The notes beneath the pieces were generated by a model. It saw only the letters and a program-made list of their open reading frames with translations, had not been told where the DNA came from and ran no database searches. DNA of 64,000 nt. Origin: Candidatus Omnitrophota bacterium. Lineage in GTDB: Bacteria; Omnitrophota; Gorgyraeia; Tantalellales; Tantalellaceae. The DNA is taken from assembly GCA_049642065.1 (NCBI GenBank), contig JBAROK010000002.1, positions 5,892 through 69,891 on the forward strand, in the 5' to 3' direction. Shown one piece after another: positions 38,786-49,363 of this stretch; position 1 is the stretch's first letter; each line of letters starts with the position of its first letter. The translations under genes and the position numbers were made by a program.

Positions 38786-41203
38786 ATGAGAGAGTTAAAA
38801 GCCAGTGATCTTAGGCAAACGTGTGACGCTTCTATATTTCCTTTCAAAACCACCGAAGATTACGAATTTGAGCACGAGCCTATACATCAGGAAAGGGGCG
38901 TGAACGCTATAGAGTTCGGACTTAACGTCAAGTCAGACGGCTATAATATTTTCGTTTGCGGAGCTGCGGGTACAGGACGTAATACCCAGGTTAACAAGCT
39001 GGTTAATGAAATAGCGGCAAGACAAGATACCCCTGATGACTGGATTTATGTTTATAATTTTGTGCAGCCGGACGAACCGATTGCTATAAGGCTTCCTGCA
39101 GGCAGGGGCATAATGTTCAAGAAGGATATGGAGGAGCTTTTAAACGAGCTCCAGATCGAGATTCCCAAGGCTTTCGAGAGCGAGGATTACGAGACGAGCA
39201 GACACGAGCTTTTAAAAGAATATAAGACCATGAGGGATGCTACTCTTGAAGAAGTGGAAAACGACGCTTTCCAGCAGGGTTTTATGCTTAAGCAATCCGC
39301 AACAGGTGTGATACTTGTGCCCAGAAGCGGTGATCAGCCCATGACAGCGGAGGAGTATGATGCTCTTTCAGGCGATGAGAAAGACAAGATAGAAAAGAAA
39401 AAACACGAGCTCCATATCAAGATAGAGAAAGTGCTGAGTGAAGTGCGTGTGTTGGAAAAGACAGCGAAAGTGAAAATAAAGGAACTGGAAAAAGAAATCG
39501 CTCTTTTTTCCGTGAAACACATAATAGACGAGCTGCGGTTTAAGTACAGAGAGTTCGAGGATATCGTTCAGCATCTTAATCTTGTTCAGGAAGATATAGT
39601 GGATAACCTGGATTTTTTCAAAGAAGAGGAGGAAGACTCTCAGGCGGTTCTTTTCGGAATGAAAGGCGCACCAAAGAAAGCCGCCACAACAAAGTATCAG
39701 GTTAACCTTTTGGTAGATCACAGGCATTCCAAGGGCGCGCCTGTTATCAGGGAGCCTAATCCGACTTATTACAACCTGGTAGGAAGGATAGAATACGTGG
39801 CGCATTTTGGGTCAATGTCGACAGATTTCACCATGATATCCGACGGGGCGCTCCATAAAGCCAATGGCGGTTACCTTATACTTCAGGCGATGGACGTGCT
39901 CAGCAGTTTCATGGCCTGGGACGTTCTGAAAAGAGTAATAAAAAACCAGGAGATCAAGGTAGAGGATATAAACGAGCAGTTCAGGATAATAACAACGACC
40001 AGTCTCAAGCCTAAGCCCATTCCCTCGGATATCAAGTTCATCATGGTAGGGCCACCATGGCTGTACCAGCTGCTTTATAAGTTTGACGAGGATTTCCGTA
40101 AAATGTTTAAGATAAAGGCGGATTTTGATATCGAAATGGATCGGGATGAGGATATGATAAGAAAATACGCCTCGTTCATAAAAGTACGGTGTGAAGAAGA
40201 AGGGCTGAGGCATTTTGACAGGAAGGCCGTGGCTAAAATAGTGGAGTACGGGTCGCGGCTTACTCAGGATCAGGATAAACTGAGTGCCCGGTTCATGTAC
40301 GTAGCTGACATTCTCAGGGAAGCGAACTATTGGGCCGGACAGGATAATAAGGAATACGTCGATGAACCGCATATAGAGAAGGCTATACACGAGAAGATAT
40401 ACAGGTCTAACATGATCGAAGAGAAAATAGTGGAACTTATCGATAAAAATATCCTGATGATAGACGCTAAAGGGAGCGAGGTGGGGCAGGTGAATGGGCT
40501 TGCCGTGATAGATATGGGTGAATACATGTTCGGTAAGCCTTCGCGTATAACCGCCCGGACCTTTATGGGTAAAAAGGGAGTGGTTGATATAGAGCGGCAA
40601 GTGAAGATGGGTGGTAACATACATTCAAAGGGAGTGATGATACTTAACGGTTATTTCGGAGAGAAGTTCGCCCAGGACCGCCCGTTAAGCTTAAGCGCGA
40701 GCATCTGTTTTGAACAATCTTACTCCGGAGTTGATGGGGATTCGGCATCCAGCACGGAAGCCTATTGCCTGCTTTCATCGCTTTCAGGCGTCCCAATAAA
40801 ACAGTCCATAGCCGTTACCGGCTCAATGAACCAGCACGGGATGGTGCAGCCTATCGGCGGGGTTAATGAAAAAGTAGAAGGGTTCTATCATATCTGTAAA
40901 ATTAAAGGGCTTGCGGGGGAACAGGGAGTAATGATCCCTGATGCGAACGTAAAACATCTTATGCTTAAGGCAGAAGTAATAGACGCGGTCAAGAAGGGGA
41001 AGTTCCATATCTGGGCGGTCTCTACGGTAAACGAAGGCATAGAGATCCTTACAGGTAAAAAAGCCGGAGAAAAAGATAAAAAAGGCACATATCCAAAAGG
41101 TACCATCAATCATCTTGTGGATAAGAAGCTTAAAGAGTATTCTGATAAATTTTCCAATCTCAGGAAAAAGACGAAAAGTAAGACTAAGAAGAAAAAGAAA
41201 TAA
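38786..41203 (+). CDS. Lon-like protease, LonC/COG1067 type, with degenerate Walker A
   Basis: C-terminal Lon protease domain with catalytic Ser in DGDSASS and Lys in GGVNEKVEGF. The N-terminal AAA-like region has P-loop VCGAAGTGRNT (Arg/Asn where Lys/Thr are expected). Confidence 0.75.
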   Translation: MRELKASDLRQTCDASIFPFKTTEDYEFEHEPIHQERGVNAIEFGLNVKSDGYNIFVCGAAGTGRNTQVNKLVNEIAARQDTPDDWIYVYNFVQPDEPIAIRLPAGRGIMFKKDMEELLNELQIEIPKAFESEDYETSRHELLKEYKTMRDATLEEVENDAFQQGFMLKQSATGVILVPRSGDQPMTAEEYDALSGDEKDKIEKKKHELHIKIEKVLSEVRVLEKTAKVKIKELEKEIALFSVKHIIDELRFKYREFEDIVQHLNLVQEDIVDNLDFFKEEEEDSQAVLFGMKGAPKKAATTKYQVNLLVDHRHSKGAPVIREPNPTYYNLVGRIEYVAHFGSMSTDFTMISDGALHKANGGYLILQAMDVLSSFMAWDVLKRVIKNQEIKVEDINEQFRIITTTSLKPKPIPSDIKFIMVGPPWLYQLLYKFDEDFRKMFKIKADFDIEMDRDEDMIRKYASFIKVRCEEEGLRHFDRKAVAKIVEYGSRLTQDQDKLSARFMYVADILREANYWAGQDNKEYVDEPHIEKAIHEKIYRSNMIEEKIVELIDKNILMIDAKGSEVGQVNGLAVIDMGEYMFGKPSRITARTFMGKKGVVDIERQVKMGGNIHSKGVMILNGYFGEKFAQDRPLSLSASICFEQSYSGVDGDSASSTEAYCLLSSLSGVPIKQSIAVTGSMNQHGMVQPIGGVNEKVEGFYHICKIKGLAGEQGVMIPDANVKHLMLKAEVIDAVKKGKFHIWAVSTVNEGIEILTGKKAGEKDKKGTYPKGTINHLVDKKLKEYSDKFSNLRKKTKSKTKKKKK

Positions 41204-41205
41204 GC

Positions 41206-42843
41206 ATGAACATATTACTGGTAATAGGGCTGATTATCCTGCTAGGTATGATCGGCGGGAAAATAATGAACAAACTGAACCTCCCGCAGGTTATGGGATA
41301 CATGATCATCGGTCTTCTCCTGGGGGAATCTTTTCATGGGTTCCTGAGCGGCCCTATAACTGATTCTTTCAGGCCCGTTATAAGCCTTGCGCTCGGCATA
41401 ATCGGTTTTATGATAGGTTCTGAGATACTTCTTGACCGGTTCAAAAGGTACAGCCGTTCGATATATACGATACTTTTCGTTGAAGCTTTCCTCACTTTTT
41501 TTCTTGTAGCTACGGTAGTTATGCTCCTTACGGGTAAAGTATACATGGGCCTCATACTTGGCGCTTTGGCATCGGCTACGGCTCCTGCGGCTACGTACAG
41601 CGTTCTGGGGGAATACAAAGCTCGCGGTCCGGTAACCACTACGACACTTTCGATAGTAGCGCTTGATGATGCGTTAGCGCTTCTTATATACGGATTCGCA
41701 AGTGTGTTTGCCAGGGCTATGCTAGTTCAAGCGAGCCCTTCTTTGGTGCGTACTCTGGCGGTTCCGGTCATGCAGATAGCAGGTTCTATCCTTATAGGTG
41801 TTGTGGCCGGATTTATCCTGCATAAAGTGGCGTCCAAGACAAGGGCCAGGGAACGGATGCTGCCGTCCACTCTTGGCACGATAATACTGGTTGTCGGGAT
41901 TTCCACTCACTTCAAAGTCGATCCGATACTTGCCTCGATGGTTTTGGGTGCGGTAGCGTCTAACCTGCAGTCTTCTGAGAACCGTGAAATGTTCGATCTT
42001 ATAAAAAGGTTCAGCCCTCCGATCTTTATACTATTCTTTGTTATCGTGGGATCTCGGCTTGACGCCAGGATCCTCATGAAGGGAGGCGTCCTGCTCCTCG
42101 CGCTGGCATACATAGTGAGCCGTAGCGTAGGTAAGGTCGCCGGGGCTTATATCGGGGGCAAGCTCTCGAACGCGAAACCCACGGTTACCAAGTATCTGGG
42201 ATTCTGCCTTTTCGATCAGGCGGGTGTCGCGGTTGGCCTTGCGCTTGCTACGTATCATACTTTCAGCCTGCTGGGCGGGGAAGCCCAGATGGCGGGTCTA
42301 TTAATAGTGAGCATAATAACAGCTACTACGTTTATACTGCAGATGATATCGCCTCCTATGATAAAGTTTGGTATCAAAAAAGCTGATGAGATAAACAGGA
42401 ATGTTACTGAAGAAGATATAGTAGAATCTCATAAGGTGCGGGATGTTATGGAAGAGGATTTCTTCGTTATAAAGGAGAACAATAACCTGCACCAGATGAT
42501 AGACATAATGAAGAAGACTGATGCGTTCACTTTTCCCGTAATAAGGATGAACGGTGACTTTTTGGGTACTATCTCGCTGGGGGATTTGCGCGATACTTTC
42601 AATGAAGAGCAGATGGATGAGCTTATACTGGCGGGTGACTTAGTCCGGGAGATAGATATTCTAGCGTACGCGGATCAGGAACTTAAAGAAGTAATAAGAG
42701 TATTTAAAGCCAAGAACATCGATTATATACCCGTGCTTGCCGATAAAACGCAGCATAGGTTGGTAGGGCAGCTTGAGTACCGCAAGATTATAGACCTTAT
42801 AACTAAAGAAGTGATCTTTAGGCAGAAAGAACTTGAAAATTAA
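41206..42843 (+). CDS. monovalent cation:proton antiporter (CPA/Kef-NhaP type) with C-terminal CBS-pair domain
   Basis: ~12 TM N-terminal Na+/H+ exchanger-like domain. C-terminal tandem CBS-like segments (HKVRDVMEEDFFVI..., GDFLGTISLGDLR). Confidence 0.7.
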   Translation: MNILLVIGLIILLGMIGGKIMNKLNLPQVMGYMIIGLLLGESFHGFLSGPITDSFRPVISLALGIIGFMIGSEILLDRFKRYSRSIYTILFVEAFLTFFLVATVVMLLTGKVYMGLILGALASATAPAATYSVLGEYKARGPVTTTTLSIVALDDALALLIYGFASVFARAMLVQASPSLVRTLAVPVMQIAGSILIGVVAGFILHKVASKTRARERMLPSTLGTIILVVGISTHFKVDPILASMVLGAVASNLQSSENREMFDLIKRFSPPIFILFFVIVGSRLDARILMKGGVLLLALAYIVSRSVGKVAGAYIGGKLSNAKPTVTKYLGFCLFDQAGVAVGLALATYHTFSLLGGEAQMAGLLIVSIITATTFILQMISPPMIKFGIKKADEINRNVTEEDIVESHKVRDVMEEDFFVIKENNNLHQMIDIMKKTDAFTFPVIRMNGDFLGTISLGDLRDTFNEEQMDELILAGDLVREIDILAYADQELKEVIRVFKAKNIDYIPVLADKTQHRLVGQLEYRKIIDLITKEVIFRQKELEN

Positions 42844-42864
42844 TTTTGCCTTTATCAAAGAAGG

Positions 42865-43515
42865 GTGGTGGATATGAGAAAGTTGTTTATGATTTTTGTA
42901 GTGGCGGCGATGGTATTGTCGTTAGCGTCGCCCCAAGGGGAATGCCGGGGTCAGATGCATCCGTCGGACGGACAAACTATGCTAAAAAATCTTTATACGG
43001 AACTTGAGGATATCAGGGGCATAAGGATTTATGTCGCTGATGTTATTGATAACTCAGGCGGCGAAATGAAGGGGATGCTTGCTGGTGAGAAAAAAGCTAT
43101 TGAGGACGCGTTCGCATCCAGGATGTCTCTGGATTTCAAGATCGTAAATAGTGAAGCAGATGCTGATCTTATAATCATCGTTAAGGCTGAAGAGCGCATA
43201 TGGCTGGATCATGATCCTATAGATTCCGATAAGGGGATAGGTTTTCCAGCAACACTTGCGGATGCAGCATTGGACGAGGATTACGCCAGGATACAGGCTG
43301 ACGTTATCGTGAAGAAGGGGCCGAATGTGAGTAGGGACGTGGCCAAAGCGCTGAGGAGACTTCATATAAGAGGCGACATTGTCTGGGAAAAAAAGGTAAC
43401 GGCAACGGTTACAAAAATGGAAATGACAGAAGAAGCTAGTAAGCCTCTGATAGAAGAGCGCCTGGCGCATATAATACTGCGCAAGTGTTTCGGCAAGAAA
43501 AATAGAGCAAGATAA
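42865..43515 (+). CDS. hypothetical secreted protein
   Basis: Signal peptide MRKLFMIFVVAAMVLSLASP. No recognisable domain. Confidence 0.35.
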   Translation: MVDMRKLFMIFVVAAMVLSLASPQGECRGQMHPSDGQTMLKNLYTELEDIRGIRIYVADVIDNSGGEMKGMLAGEKKAIEDAFASRMSLDFKIVNSEADADLIIIVKAEERIWLDHDPIDSDKGIGFPATLADAALDEDYARIQADVIVKKGPNVSRDVAKALRRLHIRGDIVWEKKVTATVTKMEMTEEASKPLIEERLAHIILRKCFGKKNRAR

Positions 43516-43530
43516 CGCACTCGAGGAAAA

Positions 43531-43561
43531 AGAGGAAAAGTCTTGACTTTTCCTCTTTTTT
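43531..43561 (+). terminator. rho-independent terminator
   Basis: Near-perfect 12-bp inverted repeat agaggaaaagtc/gacttttcctct followed by TTTTTT. Confidence 0.6.
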
Positions 43562-43639
43562 GGGATAACGTATAGATAGATATAAATATGTCTATGCGAG
43601 TTATTCTGTGCCTATTAGTGCGCTAGGGGGAGGATAGAT

Positions 43640-46234
43640 ATGAGAGCTGATAAATTAACGGTTAAAACACAGGAAGCGTTAAGGGACGCTGTAAATGAGG
43701 CTGTTGAAAGGGGGTATCAGGAGGTAGACGTAGAGGACCTTTTTTATGTGCTGCTTGCCGATGATGGTGGTACGCCTTCAGTAGTGCTCAAGAAAATAGG
43801 GGCTGACCCGCATCGCCTAAGAGCAAGATTAGATGAAGCCCTCGCAAAAAGGGCAAAGGTTTCCGGCGGTGCCGCACAGCCATATCTTTCAAATAGGCTG
43901 AATAAACTTCTTGCTGAGGCAGAGAAGGAAGCGAAGAAGCTTAAGGATGATTACCTGAGCGTTGAGCATCTTCTTATTGCAATGTCGGAAGAAAAAGGAT
44001 CAGTAGCGAGCGATCTTCTTACCGGTGAGAAGGTGACAAAGAATAATATTCTCGGTGCGCTCAAAGAGCTCAGGGGTGGGCAAAGAGTCACTGATGAGAA
44101 TCCTGAGGGAAAGTTCCAGGCGCTTGAAAAATACGGACGGGATCTTGTTGAGCTGGCTGACTTGGGTAAGCTTGACCCTGTTATAGGAAGGGACGAGGAG
44201 ATACGGCGTCTTATCCATGTCCTATCGCGCAGGACCAAGAACAACCCGGTGCTTATAGGAGATCCGGGTACAGGTAAAACTGCTGTAGTGGAAGGATTAG
44301 CGCAGCGTATATCTTCGGGGGACGTGCCTAACAGGCTCAAGAACAAACTCGTGATAGCTCTTGATCTTGGTGCTTTGATCGCCGGGGCCAAGTATCGCGG
44401 TGAATTCGAAGACAGGCTCAAGGCTGTCCTAAAAGAAATAAAGGAAAGGGAAGGAGAGATAATACTTTTTATTGATGAATTGCATACTCTTGTAGGTGCC
44501 GGAGGGGCTGAGGGGGCGGTTGACGCTGCTAACATGCTTAAACCCGCGCTGGCCAGGGGGGAGCTGAGGTGTATCGGCGCGACTACGCTTGATGAGTACC
44601 GTAAGTACGTGGAAAAGGATAAGGCCCTGGAAAGGCGGTTCCAGCAGATATTCATTGGTGAACCTTCTGTGGAGAATACGATAGCCATACTTCGCGGCCT
44701 GAAAGAAAAATACGAGGTGCATCACGGGGTCATGATATCGGATGCGGCGGTAGTAGCAGCAGCTATGCTGTCTGACAGGTATATTTCGAACAGATTTCTC
44801 CCGGATAAAGCGATAGATCTTATAGACGAGGCGGCATCTAAACTCCGCATAGAAATAGATAGCGTGCCGACTGAGATAGACCAGGTGCAAAGGAAGATAA
44901 TGCAGCTTGAGATAGAGCGCCAGGCTCTTAAAAATGAGAAAAAGAGCGAGGCGGGTAAGAGCAAGATAAAAGCTGTGGATGACGAGCTCAAGGAGTTACG
45001 TGATGAACTTAATGATATGAAGGCCCATTGGGAAAAAGAAAAAGGTGTTATCAGCAAGATAAGGGATATAAAGGAAAGAATCGATAAGGAGAAGGTTGAA
45101 GAAGCTAATGCCGAGAAGGAAGGCAATCTGGCTAAAGTATCTGAGATACGTTACGGTACGTTGGTAAAGTTGCAGAAAGAACTTGAAGATGAGACTAAAG
45201 TCCTTGCCAAGGTGCAGAAAGATAAGACCATGCTCAAGGAAGAGGTTAATGATGAGGATATAGCGAAGATAGTATCCCAGTGGACGGGTATACCGATAAC
45301 CAAACTTATGGAATCGGAGATGGAGAAACTTGTGCATATGGAGGAAGTTCTTAAGACGCGTATTGTAGGGCAGGACGAAGCGGTCGAAAAGATCTCTAAC
45401 ACTGTTAGGCGTTCACGTAGCGGGCTTGGAGACCCCAGTAGGCCTATAGGGTCCTTGCTGTTCTTGGGGCCTACCGGTGTGGGTAAAACCCATATGGCGC
45501 GTACCCTTGCGTGGTTCCTTTTTAACGATCCGGAAGCCATGGTAAGGATAGATATGTCCGAGTATATGGAAAAACATGCTGTTTCCAGGCTTATAGGTGC
45601 GCCTCCCGGGTATGTGGGGTACGAAGAAGGCGGCCAGCTTACCGAGAAGATACGCAGAAGGCCTTACAGCGTGGTGCTCTTGGATGAAATAGAGAAGGCG
45701 CATCACGACGTCTTTAACATACTTCTTCAGATAATGGATGATGGGCGCCTGACGGATAGCCAGGGGCATGTCGTGGATTTTAAGAACACCATAATAATCA
45801 TGACCTCCAATATTGGAAGCCAGTTTTTTACTGACACGACCAATGGTAAAGAGGACATAAAAAGGAATGTGTTGACGGAACTTAAGAAATATTTCCGTCC
45901 GGAGTTTTTGAACAGGCTTGACGACATGGTCATATTCAACCGCTTGACAGAGGGTGACGTGCTCAAGATAGTAGAGCTTGAACTGGCAGAAATAAAGGAA
46001 CGGTTGCTCAAGCGTGAAATAAAACTTACGGTCACCGATAGGGCGATGAAAGAGATCGCTTCGCTTGGGTATGATCCGGATTACGGTGCCCGTCCGCTTA
46101 AACGCCTTATACAGAAAGAGGTGCAGGACAATATGGCGCTTGAGCTTTTGAAGGGAGAGATATCCGACGGGGATAGCGTTACTGTGGATTATGACGATAA
46201 AGAAAAGAAATTCCTCTTCAAGAGGACAAAATAA
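43640..46234 (+). CDS. clpB: ATP-dependent chaperone ClpB (two AAA+ modules plus middle coiled-coil)
   Basis: 864 aa. Two Walker A sites ([16 protein letters not shown]), a long M-domain coiled coil, an N-terminal Clp_N repeat. Confidence 0.9.
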   Translation: MRADKLTVKTQEALRDAVNEAVERGYQEVDVEDLFYVLLADDGGTPSVVLKKIGADPHRLRARLDEALAKRAKVSGGAAQPYLSNRLNKLLAEAEKEAKKLKDDYLSVEHLLIAMSEEKGSVASDLLTGEKVTKNNILGALKELRGGQRVTDENPEGKFQALEKYGRDLVELADLGKLDPVIGRDEEIRRLIHVLSRRTKNNPVLIGDPGTGKTAVVEGLAQRISSGDVPNRLKNKLVIALDLGALIAGAKYRGEFEDRLKAVLKEIKEREGEIILFIDELHTLVGAGGAEGAVDAANMLKPALARGELRCIGATTLDEYRKYVEKDKALERRFQQIFIGEPSVENTIAILRGLKEKYEVHHGVMISDAAVVAAAMLSDRYISNRFLPDKAIDLIDEAASKLRIEIDSVPTEIDQVQRKIMQLEIERQALKNEKKSEAGKSKIKAVDDELKELRDELNDMKAHWEKEKGVISKIRDIKERIDKEKVEEANAEKEGNLAKVSEIRYGTLVKLQKELEDETKVLAKVQKDKTMLKEEVNDEDIAKIVSQWTGIPITKLMESEMEKLVHMEEVLKTRIVGQDEAVEKISNTVRRSRSGLGDPSRPIGSLLFLGPTGVGKTHMARTLAWFLFNDPEAMVRIDMSEYMEKHAVSRLIGAPPGYVGYEEGGQLTEKIRRRPYSVVLLDEIEKAHHDVFNILLQIMDDGRLTDSQGHVVDFKNTIIIMTSNIGSQFFTDTTNGKEDIKRNVLTELKKYFRPEFLNRLDDMVIFNRLTEGDVLKIVELELAEIKERLLKREIKLTVTDRAMKEIASLGYDPDYGARPLKRLIQKEVQDNMALELLKGEISDGDSVTVDYDDKEKKFLFKRTK

Positions 46235-46246
46235 GGAGTGAGATAG

Positions 46247-46903
46247 ATGGCTGGTAAAGATTATTATTCCGTACTGGGGGTAAGCGAGGACGCGAGTCAA
46301 GCTGAGATAAAAAAAGCTTATCGCAAGCTCGCGATTAAGTATCATCCCGATAAGAATCCCGGAGATAAAAAAGCTGAAGAAAAGTTCAAGGAGATATCTG
46401 AAGCTTTTTATTCTCTTGGTGATGCTAAACGCAGGAAAGAATACGATAACCTGCGCAAGATGGGAGGGGCTACGGGGGACTTTTCCTCAGCGCAAGGGTT
46501 TGATTTCTCGGAATTTGCTAAGGAGTTTTCCAGCGGAGGAGGCGGATTTTCTTCAGGGTCCGCATTTGGCGATCTCTTTGGTGATATCTTTTCAGATCGG
46601 GGGCGGTCAGGAAGAGGCGGTACCCGGACCTATTATTATACAAGCGGAGCCCAGGGGTTTGGTACGGGCGCTGAAACTCATCAAGAGGTCAATACTGATG
46701 TAAGAGCCACGCTTCCGGTACCCAAAGAACTTGCTAAGAAGGGAGGAGAAGCCAAATTCACGCTTTCCAGCGGTAAGAATATAACGCTTACCATACCGGT
46801 GGGTACAAAGTCCGGCCAGAAAATGAGGTTGCGCGGACAGGGCACAAAATGCCCATGCTGTAAGCATAAAGGGGATTTGATAGTAACAATAAGGATAAAA
46901 TAA
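46247..46903 (+). CDS. J-domain protein (short DnaJ/CbpA-like co-chaperone)
   Basis: DYYSVLGV...[14 protein letters not shown] with HPD motif, G/F-rich linker, a single CPCCKHKGD zinc-knuckle-like element. Lacks the four CxxCxGxG repeats of full DnaJ. Confidence 0.75.
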   Translation: MAGKDYYSVLGVSEDASQAEIKKAYRKLAIKYHPDKNPGDKKAEEKFKEISEAFYSLGDAKRRKEYDNLRKMGGATGDFSSAQGFDFSEFAKEFSSGGGGFSSGSAFGDLFGDIFSDRGRSGRGGTRTYYYTSGAQGFGTGAETHQEVNTDVRATLPVPKELAKKGGEAKFTLSSGKNITLTIPVGTKSGQKMRLRGQGTKCPCCKHKGDLIVTIRIK

Positions 46904-46904
46904 A

Positions 46905-47204
46905 ATGGATGAATATGATCTGGTAAAGATATTCAAGGCTCTTGCAGACAAGACGCGCCAGGATATCATGGAGCTTCTGGTCGAGGACGAAATGAATGTT
47001 ACGGATATATGTTCCGAGTTCAATATCTCCCAGCCGACAGTATCTCACCATCTTCATATCCTCAAGAACTGTGATCTTGTTGCCACGCGCAAGGACGGTA
47101 AGAACATTTATTATTATGTGAGGCAAGAGATAGTTGACGATGTCTTCGGCAGGGTAGTGAAGAAGATGCGTATCCGGATAATCAAGAAAAGAGGAAGCGG
47201 GTAA
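46905..47204 (+). CDS. ArsR/SmtB-family HTH transcriptional regulator
   Basis: IFKALADKTRQDIMELL...VTDICSEFNISQPTVSHHLHILKNCDLV winged-helix signature. Starts 1 nt after the J-domain gene stop. Confidence 0.7.
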   Translation: MDEYDLVKIFKALADKTRQDIMELLVEDEMNVTDICSEFNISQPTVSHHLHILKNCDLVATRKDGKNIYYYVRQEIVDDVFGRVVKKMRIRIIKKRGSG

Positions 47205-47252
47205 GAGCTCTACTTGCGACTCTTCCTGCCTGTATGCTATTATAATACCACC

Positions 47253-47744
47253 ATGAAAACGACCCTTATAGTTGACGGGTATAACGCCATAAACGCCATA
47301 CCTGAAACCAGAAAAATGCTGAAAGATAACCTCCTTTCCGCACGTAGCGCTATTATAACGATAACGAAAGAATACGTGCGTTCGAGCGGGTATATCACGG
47401 ATTTCTGTGTTGTTTTTGACGGGCAGGATAAGTACCGATCTTATGACAGGATGAACGTTGGCCGTGGGAAGTCACAGGTGTTTTCGCGGACCGGAGACGG
47501 CGACGATAAGATAATACGTACGGTAAAAGAATATTCAAGTAAGAACAGGGTCATAGTGGCTTCCAACGACAATTACGTGAAGAATATGTCCAGAGGGTAC
47601 GGAGCGTCACATATTTCCGTTGAAGAGCTTGTAAAAAAGAAGCGTAAGAGTAAGGTCCAAAAGCGAGTGACCGGTAAACGGATAAGCGGTAAGGCTAAAT
47701 CCAGGATAACCCGGGAGTACAAGAAAGAGCTGGGACTTGAATAA
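47253..47744 (+). CDS. NYN-domain ribonuclease-like protein (YacP/Rae1-like)
   Basis: MKTTLIVDGYNAINA N-terminus typical of YacP-like NYN domains. TATAAT at 47241-47246 argues against the longer ORF start at 47214. Confidence 0.55.
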   Translation: MKTTLIVDGYNAINAIPETRKMLKDNLLSARSAIITITKEYVRSSGYITDFCVVFDGQDKYRSYDRMNVGRGKSQVFSRTGDGDDKIIRTVKEYSSKNRVIVASNDNYVKNMSRGYGASHISVEELVKKKRKSKVQKRVTGKRISGKAKSRITREYKKELGLE

Positions 47745-47756
47745 AAGGGCCTAAGG

Positions 47757-48764
47757 ATGAAAAGCAGTATGGTAACCGGTATAGATCCGATACGTCAGAT
47801 GATAGAAGCAAAAGCGGTACTTGCGCCGATGGCAGGGATAACAGACGTTCCTTTCAGGATGCTGGCGCGCAGGTTTGGTTGTAAGTTTGCTTTTACCGAA
47901 ATGATCGATGTAAACGGCATAATATATAACAACTGTAAAACATTTAAACTGATTGAAAGAGTAGAAGGTGACACTCCTTTGGGTATACAGCTTGTCGGGG
48001 AGGACGAAGAAAAGTTTTCTTACGTATCACGGCTGTGCCAGGAAAGAGGGTACAGGATCGTAGATATAAACGCCGGTTGCCCTGCGAGGAAAGTAATAAA
48101 AGCGGGTAAAGGCGCGGCTCTTTTGCGCGATCCTGAAAAAATTCACAGAATAATCTCCAGGCTGGTCAGCGAACTTGATATACCGGTTACAGTGAAGATA
48201 AGAAGCGGTTGGGACGGAGAGAACAAGAATTACATGGAAGTTGCCCGTGCCGTTTCATCTGCCGGAGGAAGCGCCCTATGTGTCCATGTGCGTACCAGAG
48301 AACAGATGTACAAAGGCAGGGTAACTCACGAGATAACCCGCGAGATAAAAGAAGGGACCGGTATCCCGGTTTTTGCGAGCGGTAATATTTTTTCCGCAAA
48401 TGATGTCAAAGATGTTATTGAATTTACCGGATGTGACGGTGTTTTTGTGGCAAGAGGAGCTTTGGGGCGTCCGTGGATATTCCGTGAGATAAACAGTGTT
48501 TTTTCAGGAAAAGCTCTTCCGCGAGAGCCTGAATTTGATGAGGTAAAGAAAGTCATGATAGATCATTACCGGTTATGTGCTGGTTACTTTGACCCGAGAA
48601 GGACTTCATCAAGGATGTATAAACACGTGGCATGGTATCTTAAGGGGTATAAAAATCTTAATGATGTCATGCAGGAATATAAAAAAACCGGTTCATTGGA
48701 AGAATTTATGGGCTTCACGGACCGCCTGGATCTGGATAACGAAAAATATCTTAGGTTAAAATAA
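47757..48764 (+). CDS. dusB: tRNA-dihydrouridine synthase
   Basis: LAPMAGITDVPFR and INAGCPARKV Dus family blocks. Confidence 0.8.
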   Translation: MKSSMVTGIDPIRQMIEAKAVLAPMAGITDVPFRMLARRFGCKFAFTEMIDVNGIIYNNCKTFKLIERVEGDTPLGIQLVGEDEEKFSYVSRLCQERGYRIVDINAGCPARKVIKAGKGAALLRDPEKIHRIISRLVSELDIPVTVKIRSGWDGENKNYMEVARAVSSAGGSALCVHVRTREQMYKGRVTHEITREIKEGTGIPVFASGNIFSANDVKDVIEFTGCDGVFVARGALGRPWIFREINSVFSGKALPREPEFDEVKKVMIDHYRLCAGYFDPRRTSSRMYKHVAWYLKGYKNLNDVMQEYKKTGSLEEFMGFTDRLDLDNEKYLRLK

Positions 48765-48772
48765 GGGGAGAC

Positions 48773-49363
48773 ATGAAAGAGATAATATTAGCGTCGGCTT
48801 CCGAAAGAAGATCAAGCATACTCACCTCTTGCGGTATAGATCATCTTATTGTTGTAAGCGGAGTGGAAGAAGATATGGAGAACGGCAGGCCGGTTTCGGA
48901 TATTGTGCTAGCTAACGCCGTAAGGAAAGCCGAAAAAATCGCTCAAGGTACTGGAGATGCTGTAATAATAGGGGCGGATACACTTGTTGTGCACGGGGAG
49001 GATATACTGGGCAAGCCGCAAGATGAGAACGCGGCACGTGATATGCTCAGGAAGTTTTCCGGAGGTGAAGTGGAAGTATATACGGCTCTTTGTGTGATCG
49101 ATACCGGAACTGGCAAAAAGAGCAGCGGGTTCGAGAAAAGCGGCCTTGAAGTTGTCTCGCTTACCGAAAAAGAAGTAGAGAAATATTTCCGGTTACTGGG
49201 ACCCTACGATAAGGCGGGAGGGTTTACGATAGAGGGCGCGGGATCTCTTCTTTTTGATAACATTAAGGGGTCATATTTTAATATTCTGGGGCTACCTATG
49301 ATGAAACTAAGCGTGCTTTTTGCCGAAATCGGGTTAGACCTATTGGATTTTGTAAAGTTATGA
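48773..49363 (+). CDS. maf: Maf-like nucleoside-triphosphate pyrophosphatase
   Basis: IILASASERRSSIL N-terminus and overall Maf length. Confidence 0.8.
   Translation: MKEIILASASERRSSILTSCGIDHLIVVSGVEEDMENGRPVSDIVLANAVRKAEKIAQGTGDAVIIGADTLVVHGEDILGKPQDENAARDMLRKFSGGEVEVYTALCVIDTGTGKKSSGFEKSGLEVVSLTEKEVEKYFRLLGPYDKAGGFTIEGAGSLLFDNIKGSYFNILGLPMMKLSVLFAEIGLDLLDFVKL

Noticed and set aside
39368-40624. Minus-strand ORFs of 145 and 270 aa inside the Lon-like gene
   Set aside because: Antisense to a strongly supported + strand CDS. Composition is rich in F/L/Y/H, typical of antisense to an AT-rich coding region.
43516-43639. Possible CIRCE (HrcA) or sigma32 heat-shock element upstream of clpB
   Set aside because: Looked for TTAGCACTC-N9-GAGTGCTAA and CTTGAAA..CCCCAT. 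Only a half-site-like TTAGTGCGC is present, so I am not calling it.
43951-46345. Minus-strand ORFs (245, 153, 134, 310 aa) inside clpB
   Set aside because: Antisense shadows of clpB with no motifs. clpB identity is unambiguous.
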